Source: Chrysomallon squamiferum (taxonomy: Eukaryota; Animalia; Mollusca). From it: a stretch of DNA of 64,000 nucleotides. The translations under genes were made by a program, and so were the position numbers. The notes beneath the pieces are model-generated. The model saw only the letters and a program-made list of their open reading frames with translations, ran no database searches and had not been told where the DNA came from. Numbering within the stretch: the first letter of the stretch is position 1; the number at the start of each line of letters is the position of its first letter. Location of the stretch: contig CM022675.1 in assembly GCA_012295275.1 (NCBI GenBank), forward strand, positions 17,298,001 to 17,362,000, given 5' to 3'. This document shows, piece after piece, positions 57,018-64,000 of the stretch.

Positions 57018-57853
57018 AATTATTATTATTATCATCATTATAATTATTATATTTACTTCTGTGATGTCGATGTCTTCTCAGCCAACGTCTCCACCATCTC
57101 TCTCTTCCTATAAACAGTAAAAATAAAACAACTCGTGTGAGAGTGTATATCTCTAATTATGTTTTCAGTTATTCAGTATTTTCTTTCATTACAATTATAA
57201 TTACAAAAGTTTCACTAAACAACATACTAACCTCGACTACGATGTTTTCTCAGCCATCTCCTCCAATATTTTCCACCACCTGAAATCATTGAATATCAAT
57301 ATTCTTAACTTTCTTTATCCAACTAAATTTACTAGTTGTCGTGCAAAATGGCAATACAGTGGTCATAAAACATAAAGAAAAATTCAGTTCTTCTTCTTCT
57401 TCTTCTTCTTCTTCTTATTATTATTATTATTACTAATTTATTTTCTCGATGTTGGTGATCTTGTTCATATTGTTACTATTGTTATACACATGGGAAAATT
57501 ATAATTATATAAATATCCTAATTTTCATAATATCCAAAGATTTAAGCTAACTGAAGTACCATAATTCTTTGTTAGGGAAAAACACACAAAATTATACTAA
57601 CGTCTGTAAGCTCGAATTCTGCTTCTGCTTGGCCCTAGAAGAGAATAAATCAATCGAATATTAGTAAATAAATATTTTAATACTAAAAATATACTTATCC
57701 TTTTGCTACAACAGATTTATCTAAAATGTAAAAATATTCTTTGTTATATTCATTTACTGCTATTATTTTCTCAAATGTTAAATCTGTATTTCCATTAGCC
57801 TCGCCATTTAAAAAAATTATTTTCATTTATCATCATCATCATCATCATCATCA

Positions 57854-57893
<40 letters not shown>

Positions 57894-58274
57894 TATTATC
57901 AATTATTATTATCATCATTATAATTATTATATATTTACTTCTGTGATGTCGATGTCTTCTCAGCCAACGTCTCCACCATCTCTCTCTTCCTATGAACAGT
58001 AAAAATAAAACAACTCGTGTGAGAGTGTATATCTCTAATTATGTTTTCAGTTATTCAGTATTTTCTTTCATTACAATTATAATTACAAAAGTTTCACTAA
58101 ACAACATACTAACCTCGACTACGATGTTTTCTCAGCCATCTCCTCCAATATTTTCCACCACCTGAAATCATTGAATATCAATATTCTTAACTTTCTTTAT
58201 CCAACTAAATTTACTAGTTGTCGTGCAAAATGGCAATACAGTGGTCATAAAACATAAAGAAAAATTCAGTTCTT

Positions 58275-58305
<31 letters not shown>

Positions 58306-59161
58306 TTATTATTATTATTATTATTACTAATTTATTTTCTCGATGTTGGTGATCTTGTTCATATTGTTACTATTGTTATACACATGGGAAAATTATAATT
58401 ATATAAATATCCTAATTTTCATAATATCCAAAGATTTAAGCGAACTGAAGTACCATAATTCTTTATTAGGGAAAAACACACAAAATTATACTAACGTCTG
58501 TAAGCTCGAATTCTGCTTCTGCTTGGTCCTAGAAGAGAATAAATAAATCGAATATTAGTAAATAAATATTTTAATACTAAAAATATACTTATCCTTTTCC
58601 TACAACAGATTTATCTAAAATGTAAAAATATTCTTTGTTATATTCATTTTACTGCTATTATTTTCTCAAATGTTAAATCTGTATTTCCATTAGCCTCGCC
58701 ATTTTAAAAATTATTTTCATTTTATCATCATTGTCATCATCATCATCATTATTTTTATTATTATTATTATTATTATTTTTTATCATCATAATTATTATCA
58801 TTATAATTATTATATTTACTTCTGGGATGTCGATGTCTTCTCTTAGCCAACGTCTCCACCATCTCTCTCTTCCTATAAACAGTAAAAATAAAACAACTCG
58901 TGTGAGAGTGTATATCTCTAATTATGTTTTCAGTTATTCATTATTTTCTTTCATTACAATTATAATTACAAAAGTTTTCACTAAACAACATACTAACCTC
59001 GACCACGATGTTTTCTCAGCCATCTCCTCCAATATTTTCCACCACCTGAAATCATTGAATATCAATATTCTTAACTTTCTTTATCCAACTAAATTTACTA
59101 GTTGTCGTGCAAAATGGCAATACAGTGGTCATAAAACATAAAGAAAAATTCAGTTCTTCTT

Positions 59162-59192
<31 letters not shown>

Positions 59193-59631
59193 TTATTATT
59201 ATTACTAATTTATTTTCTCGATGTTGGTGATCTTGTTCATATTGTTAGTATTGTTATACACATGGGAAAATTATAATTATATAAATATCCTAATTTTCAT
59301 AATATCCAAAGATTTAAGCTAACTGAAGTACCATAATTCTTTATTAGGGAAAAACACACAAAATTATACTAACGTCTGTAAGCTCGAATTCTGCTTCTGC
59401 TTGGTCCTAGAAGAGAACAAATAAATCGAATATTAGTAAATAAATATTTTAATACTAAAAATATACTTATCCTTTTGCTACAACAGATTTATCTAAAATG
59501 TAAAAATATTCTTTGTTATATTCATTTACTGCTATTATTTTCTCAAATGTTAAATCTGTATTTCCATTAGCCTCGCCATTTTAAAAATTATTTTCATATT
59601 ATCATCACTGTCATCGTCATCATCATCATCA

Positions 59632-59675
<44 letters not shown>

Positions 59676-60507
59676 ATTATTATCATTATAATTATTATAT
59701 TTACTTCTGTGATGTCGATTACTTCTTAGCCAACGTCTCCACCATCTCTCTCTTCCTATAAACAATAAAAATAAAACAACTCGTGTGAGAGTGTATATCT
59801 CTAATTATGTTTTCAGTTATTCATTATTTTCTTTCATTACAATTATAATTACAAAAGTTTCACTAAGCAACATACTAACCTCGACCACGATGTTTTCTCA
59901 GCCATCTCCTCCAATATTTTCCACCACCTGAAATCATTGAATATCAATATTCTTAACTTTCTTTATCCAACTAAATTTACTAGTTGTCGTGCAAAATGGC
60001 AATACAGTGGTCATAAAACATAAAGAAAAATTCAGTTCTTCTTCTTCTTCTTCTTCTTCTTCTTATTATTATTATTACTAATTTATTTTCTCGATGTTGG
60101 TGATCGTGTTCATATTGTTAGTATTGTTATACACATGGGAAAATTATAATTATATAAATATCCTAATTTTCATAATATCCAAAGATTTAAGCTAACTGAA
60201 GTACCATAATTCTTTATTAGGGAAAAACACACAAAATTATACTAACGTCTGTAAGCTCGAATTCTGCTTCTGCTTGGTCCTAGAAGAGAATAAATAAATC
60301 GAATATTAGTAAATAAATATTTTAATACTAAAAATATACTTATCCTTTTGCTACAACAGATTTATCTAAAATGTAAAAATATTCTTTGTTATATTCATTT
60401 ACTGCTATTATTTTCTCAAATGTTAAATCTGTATTTCCATTAGCCTCGCCATTTTAAAAATTATTTTCATATTATCATCACTGTCATCGTCATCATCATC
60501 ATTGTTA

Positions 60508-60559
<52 letters not shown>

Positions 60560-63117
60560 AATTATTATTATTATCATCATTATAATTATTATATTTACTT
60601 CTGTGATGTCGATGTCTTCTTAGCCAACGTCTCCACCATCTCTCTCTTCCTATAAACAGTAAAAATAAAACAACTCGTGTGAGAGTGTATATCTCTAATT
60701 ATGTTTTCAGTTATTCAATATTTTCTTTCATTACAATTATAATTACAAAAGTTTCACTAAACAACATACTAACCTCGACCACGATGTTTTCTCAGCCATC
60801 TCCTCCAATATTTTCCACCACCTGAAATCATTGAATATCAATATTCTTAACTTTCTTTATCCAACTAAATTTGCTAGTTGTCGTGCAAAATGGCAATACA
60901 GTGGTCATAAAACATAAAGAAATATTCAGTTCCTCTTCTTCTCCTTCTTCTTCTTTTTATTATTATTATTATTATTACTAATTTATTTTCTCGATGTTGG
61001 TGATCTTGTTCATATTGTTAGTATTGTTACACACATGGGAAAATTATAATTATATAAATATCCTAATTTTCATAATATCCAAAGATTTAAGCTAACTGAA
61101 GTACCATAATTCTTTATTAGGGAAAAACACACAAAATTATACTAACGTCTGTAAGCTCGAATTCTGCTTCTGCTTGGTCCTAGAAGAGAATAAATAAATC
61201 GAATATTAGTAAATAAATATTTTAATACTAAAAATATACTTATCCTTTTCCTACAACAGATTTATCTAAAATGTAAAAATATTCTTTGTTATATTCATTT
61301 ACTGCTATTATTTTCTCAAATGTTAAATCTGTATTTCCATTAGCCTCGCCATTTTAAAAATTATTTTCATATTATCATCACTGTCATCGTCATCATCATC
61401 ATCATTGTTATTATAATTATTATTATCATCATTATAATTATTATATTTACTTCTGGGATGTCGATTACTTCTTAGCCAACGTCTCCACCATCTCTCTCTT
61501 CCTATAAACAATAAAAATAAAACAACTCGTGTGAGAGTGTATATCTCTAATTATGTTTTCAGTTATTCATTATTTTCTTTCATTACAATTATAATTACAA
61601 AAGTTTCACTAAACAACATACTAACCTCGACCACGATGTTTTCTCAGCCATCTCCTCCAATATTTTCCACCACCTGAAATCATTGAATATCAATATTCTT
61701 AACTTTCTTTATCCAACTAAATTTACTAGTTGTCGTGCAAAATGGCAATACAGTGGTCATAAAACATAAAGAAAAATTCAGTTCTTCTTCTTCTTCTTCT
61801 TCTTCTTCTTATTATTATTATTATTACTAATTTATTTTCTCGATGTTGGTGATCTTGTTCATATTGTTACTATTGTTATACACATGGGAAAATTATAATT
61901 ATATAAATATCCTAATTTTCATAATATCCAAAGATTTAAGCTAACTGAAGTACCATAATTCTTTATTAGGGAAAAACACACAAAATTATACTAACGTCTG
62001 TAAGCTCGAATTCTGCTTCTGCTTGGCCCTAGAAGAGAACAAATAAATCGAATATTAGTAAATAAATATTTTAATACTAAAAATATACTTATCCTTTTGC
62101 TACAACAGATTTATCTAAAATGTAAAAATATTCTTTGTTATATTCATTTACTGCTATTATTTTCTCAAATGTTAAATCTGTATTTCCATTAGCCTCGCCA
62201 TTTTAAAAATTATTTTCATTTTATCATCATTGTCATCATCATTATTATTATGATTACTATTATTATTATTTTTATCATCATAATTATTATCATTATAATC
62301 ATTATATTTACTTCTGTGACGTCGATGTCTTCTCAGCCAACGTCTCCACCATCTCTCTCTTCCTATAAACAGTAAAAATAAAACAACTCGTGTGAGAGTG
62401 TATATCTCTAATTATGTTTTCAGTTATTCATTATTTTCTTTCATTACAATTATAATTACAAAAGTTTTAGTAAACAACATACTAACCTCGACCACGATGT
62501 TTTCTCAGCCATCTCCTCCAATATTTTCCACCACCTGAAATCATTGAATATCAATATTCTTAACTTTCTTTATCCAACTAAATTTACTAGTTGTCGTGCA
62601 AAATGGCAATACAGTGGTCATAAAACATAAAGAAAAATTCAGTTCTTCTTCTTCTTCTTCTTCTTCTTCTTATTATTATTATTATTACTAATTTATTTTC
62701 TCGATGTTGGTGATCTTGTTCATATTGTTACTATTGTTATACACATGGGAAAATTATAATTATATAAATATCCTAATTTTCATAATATCCAAAGATTTAA
62801 GCTAACTGAAGTACCATAATTCTTTATTAGGGAAAAACACACAAAATTATACTAACGTCTGTAAGCTCGAATTCTGCTTCTGCTTGGTCCTAGAAGAGAA
62901 TAAATAAATCGAATATTAGTAAATAAATATTTTAATACTAAAAATATACTTATCCTTTTCCTACAACAGATTTATCTAAAATGTAAAAATATTCTTTGTT
63001 ATATTCATTTACTGCTATTATTTTCTCAAATGTTAAATCTGTATTTCCATTAGCCTCGCCATTTTAAAAATTATTTTCATATTATCATCACTGTCATCGT
63101 CATCATCATCATTGTTA

Positions 63118-63163
<46 letters not shown>

Positions 63164-63783
63164 TATTATTATTATCATCATTATAATTATTATATTTACT
63201 TCTGTGATGTCGATGTCTTCTTAGCCAACGTCTCCACCATCTCTCTCTTCCTATAAACAGTAAAAATAAAACAACTCGTGTGAGAGTGTATATCTCTAAT
63301 TATGTTTTCAGTTATTCAATATTTTCTTTCATTACAATTATAATTACAAAAGTTTCACTAAACAACATACTAACCTCGACCACGATGTTTTCTCAGCCAT
63401 CTCCTCCAATATTTTCCACCACCTGAAATCATTGAATATCAATATTCTTAACTTTCTTTATCCAACTAAATTTTCTAGTTGTCGTGCAAAATGGCAATAC
63501 AGTGGTCATAAAACATAAAGAAATATTCAGTTCCTCTTCTTCTCCTTCTTCTTCTTCTTTTTATTATTATTATTATTATTACTAATTTATTTTCTCGATG
63601 TTGGTGATCTTGTTCATATTGTTAGTATTGTTATACACATGGGAAAATTATAATTATATAAATATCCTAATTTTCATAATATCCAAAGATTTAAGCTAAC
63701 TGAAGTACTATAATTCTTTGTTAGGGAAAAACACATAAAATTATACTAACGTCTGTAAGCTCGAATTCTGCTTCTGCTTGGCC
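22379..63783 (-). CDS. Giant secreted mucin/FCGBP/zonadhesin-like multidomain protein (>3,300 aa in window, 5' end beyond 64000) with an N-terminal microexon-encoded Arg/Trp repeat
   Basis: Manually traced GT-AG exons, all phase-compatible, in transcript order after the microexon array: 52817-52860, 51578-51776, 50572-50754, 50339-50433, 49559-49844, 49267-49373, 48710-48908, 47684-47842, 47142-47401, 46677-46859, 46248-46390, 45778-46088, 45127-45326, 44376-44556, 43983-44192, 42833-43309, 42556-42683, 42080-42242, 41522-41653, 40893-41179, 40138-40475, 39256-39560, 38591-38814, 37742-37925, 36835-37032, 36182-36421, 35733-35824, 35296-35497, 34836-34964, 33401-33642, 32721-32998, 32135-32607, 31494-31693, 30989-31154, 30350-30454, 30022-30144, 29548-29676, 28972-29214, 28385-28471, 24765-24914, 23984-24190, 23472-23558, 23100-23192, 22879-23018, 22379-22462 (ends ...SCHC...YSVRRRR*). 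These 45 exons sum to 8666 nt, consistent with a phase-1 entry. Confidence 0.85.
23472..30454 (-). CDS. EGF, 2 x Ca-binding EGF, 2 x Kazal-like, TSP1-like and Pro/Glu-rich linker exons of the giant gene
   Basis: EGF_CA: [29 protein letters not shown] and DIDECKKSPC...CVNKNGGYVC. Kazal-like: APICEVGTSKTWPSICEFRASKC...EGAC and KVCKK...QY...RC...YGDC. TSP1-like (weak): FGPWKPKFKC...WC...GRT...QCNPC. Confidence 0.7.
25013..27822 (+). mobile_element. Full-length hAT DNA transposon (Buster/Charlie group), 2810 bp, intronic and antisense to the host gene
   Basis: TIRs CAGTGATTCTCAACC and (reverse complement) CAGTGTTTCTCAACC match at 14/15. A perfect 8-bp TSD, ATGTAAAC, lies at 25005-25012 and 27823-27830, with the central TA typical of Buster elements. 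Confidence 0.95.
25904..27649 (+). CDS. hAT (Buster/ZBED5-like) transposase, probably defective
   Basis: MDKFVKRK start, BED finger (CIVC...HFTTKH), VDESTD and CIDGA catalytic Asp motifs, HCFLH, VRWLS, LCELGFS catalytic Glu, and the family-typical QAQVSH* end. Confidence 0.9.
   Translation: MDKFVKRKDVSDGCEVETEHTMKPTKSSTKKAKVHHNRRYCDDYLKFGFSWSGDVAQPRPLCIVCGEKMANESMIPNKLQRHFTTKHSYLQDKDLNYFQRLLQQQSKQCNVFQKTMTVSERAQLASIESVILPACKKMVKSMLGETAEKEISKIPLSNDTIHRRIVDLSVNIETNVQKKLEGSKFALIVDESTDISNSAQLLVFVRFINDNEIINQFLCCKERPTTTRGQDIFDMITGYHKKMNLTWKFCVGICIDGAPCTVGCIKDFATLAQKENPNLVCTHCFLHREVLVSKVSQEDLKQVLHQVVEIVNSQHVRLLMHTDVRWLSKGKVLTRVHELQKELIVFFDKEKHERFCKYLRCEFWIAKMEYLTEIFCQLNIVNSSMQGRNENILTSTDKLVALKKKVVIWKNRAKLGEFDMFPTMRTNCTKEMIPIVVEHLTALEENIDHYFPSLNTEKYDWVRNPFVDVPSNIGFKLCEEEDLATISSDCSLKIKHSEVDIDTFWISIQKEFPALAEKALLVLLQFSTPYLCELGFSTLNNIKNKKRERLCSTEEEMRVCLSHIRLNIQEVIRQHQAQVSH
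31494..37925 (-). CDS. Super-module 3: TILa/EGF, C-type lectin-like, WxxW-like, EGF_CA, degenerate VWD, Pro/Thr-rich insert, C8, TIL-like
   Basis: CQEGWQQVLDKCVK...CNMQNGVLTSL...DC...FICQ (CTL); CPVPMGVSCR...CKKYEVRADC (WxxW-like); DVNEC...CVNLYGAYKC; YRKGMCGLC (VWD, no GDPH); TTTPPPETTAPP... Confidence 0.75.
33662..34260. repeat. Intronic minisatellite, ~54-57-bp unit built from AGT/AAT triplets
   Basis: The unit gtagaaacagtactactagtagttgtaatagattcagtaatagcagtagtaatagta is repeated about 9-10 times with variation. Confidence 0.85.
34387..34647. repeat. Diverged direct copy of 31911-32158 (intron plus the 3' end of exon 32135-32607)
   Basis: Collinear match acattgct.ttaattat...taatgaatacatt.ctttgta.tttacactttagta.attttataataatatt ... 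gttactt(a/g)caa...gagt.c.tgt.tttagca. The donor in the copy is GC instead of GT. Confidence 0.8.
38112..38464. repeat. Near-identical direct copy of 328-680 (homeobox exon 2 5' part plus upstream intron) inside an intron of the giant gene
   Basis: About 350 bp with only 4 substitutions seen by eye, bounded by (CT)n on both sides. Confidence 0.95.
38591..44556 (-). CDS. Super-module 2: TILa/EGF, C-type lectin-like with a cationic insertion, WxxW-like, EGF_CA, VWD, C8, TIL
   Basis: CPRGFRTFGTNKCYK...EFWIG...GCVMV...ADC...SYICE; DENEC...CYNLFGHYRC; CSAWGDPHP...NFQGACKYLL...YIGKLCGICG...FGNTWQV; CELTC...CTC...CVKPSDCGC. Confidence 0.85.
45127..52860 (-). CDS. Super-module 1 (Arg-rich): TILa/EGF, C-type lectin-like, WxxW, EGF, VWD, C8, TIL
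   Basis: CRVNHRTYRHGEGFF...C; CPRPFKNVEGKCLY...CRRIGGEL...NC...FCCE; EWTPWMNNHRP...CRYPKAIKCR...CPDFEIKVLC; CTASGDPHYRSFD...DFMGVCTYVM...VQGLCGNFNG...GDSW; CPRHSSF...CENTC...CACNEGFV...CVPTEACGC. Confidence 0.88.
51387..51521. mobile_element. Degenerate 135-bp hAT (Charlie-like) MITE remnant
   Basis: Ends CAAGAGGGCAACCT and (reverse complement) CAGTCATGGGCAAACT; flanking 8-mers CTATAAAT and CTGTAAAT match at 7/8; two internal GCGGGCCAC motifs. Confidence 0.6.
52317..52428 (+). pseudogene. MADF (Myb/SANT-like) domain fragment, likely a PIF/Harbinger relic
   Basis: DVELLINAVCKHRNLYDTSIPEYRDHELSEKSRTTV fits the MADF pattern LIxxVxxxxxL(W/Y)DxxxxxY(R/K)DxxxxxxxWxxV with the Trp lost. It is isolated and intronic. 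Confidence 0.5.
55128..63783 (-). CDS. 30 symmetric phase-1 microexons (10 C-B-A triplets) encoding a 44-aa Arg/Trp/His-rich repeat
   Basis: Lowest coordinates are given. C exons (33 nt, R-PSRSRIRAYR): 63751, 62857, 61996, 61147, 60247, 59374, 58496, 57602, 56702, 55815. B exons (48 nt, R-GGKYWRRWLRKHRGR): 63375, 62487, 61626, 60774, 59880, 58998, 58114, 57232, 56326, 55413. A exons (51 nt, G-RERWWRRWLRRHRHHR): 63200, 62312, 61451, 60599, 59705, 58820 (53 nt), 57939, 57057, 56170, 55128 (42 nt). Each has a pyrimidine-rich YAG acceptor and a GT donor (gttagt, gtaaat, gtgagt or gtacgt). Confidence 0.88.
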
Positions 63784-64000
63784 CTAGAAGAGAATAAATA
63801 AATCGAATATTAGTAAATAAATATTTTAATACTAAAAATATACTTATCCTTTTGCTACAACAGATTTATCTAAAATGTAAAAATATTCTTTGTTATATTC
63901 ATTTACTGCTATTATTTTCTCAAATGTTAAATCTGTATTTCCATTAGCCTCGCCATTTTAAAAATTATTTTCATTTTATCATCATTGTCATCATCATTGC
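56100..64000. repeat. Tandem array, ~850-900-bp period, 9 near-identical units, open at the window's right edge
   Basis: Landmarks such as cgtctgtaagctcgaattctgcttctgcttgg recur at 56701, 57601, 58495, 59373, 60246, 61146, 61995, 62856 and 63750. Length variation comes mainly from the (TTC)n and (TTA/TCA)n tracts. Confidence 0.97.

Noticed and set aside
59550-59765. ORF-track peptides MFIGRERWWRRW...NNN...DDD (also 61323-61511) as standalone small genes
   Set aside because: They are microexon A read through into an intronic (TTA/TCA)n microsatellite; equivalent ORFs are absent from the other units in the ORF track.
56100-64000. Array as a CRISPR-like locus or a plain non-coding satellite
   Set aside because: The context is eukaryotic, whole ~880-bp units are repeated with no unique spacers, and there are no cas genes. 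Splice signals and synonymous divergence point to coding microexons.

Overview
This is AT-rich, microsatellite-dense eukaryotic DNA with spliced genes. An invertebrate, plausibly a mollusc/cephalopod, is my inference only. From left to right it holds: (1) the first two exons of a Rough-class homeobox gene (-); (2) a 3-exon GPI-anchored Ly6/three-finger gene (-); (3) two paralogous single-ORF secreted proteins (+) with Gln/Met/Gly/Asn low-complexity ends around a conserved core resembling a His-less Cu/Zn-SOD fold; and (4) a giant minus-strand gene from 22379 to beyond 64000, which I traced by hand through 45 conventional phase-compatible exons (~2,890 codons). That gene has three copies of a TILa/EGF-C-type lectin-WxxW-EGF-VWD-C8-TIL super-module, then EGF, Kazal-like, TSP1-like and cystine-knot domains. 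An intron carries a Buster-type hAT transposon with TIRs and a perfect 8-bp TSD. The main discovery is that the ~880-bp 'satellite' filling 55.1-64 kb is an array of 30 phase-1 microexons (33/48/51 nt, 10 triplets), which the ORF track misses almost entirely. They splice into a 44-aa Arg/Trp/His-rich repeat (RPSRSRIRAYRRGGKYWRRWLRKHRGRGRERWWRRWLRRHRHHR) fused in frame upstream of the VWD/lectin protein, which itself shows a steep N-to-C arginine gradient. All exon calls are manual and lack RNA evidence.
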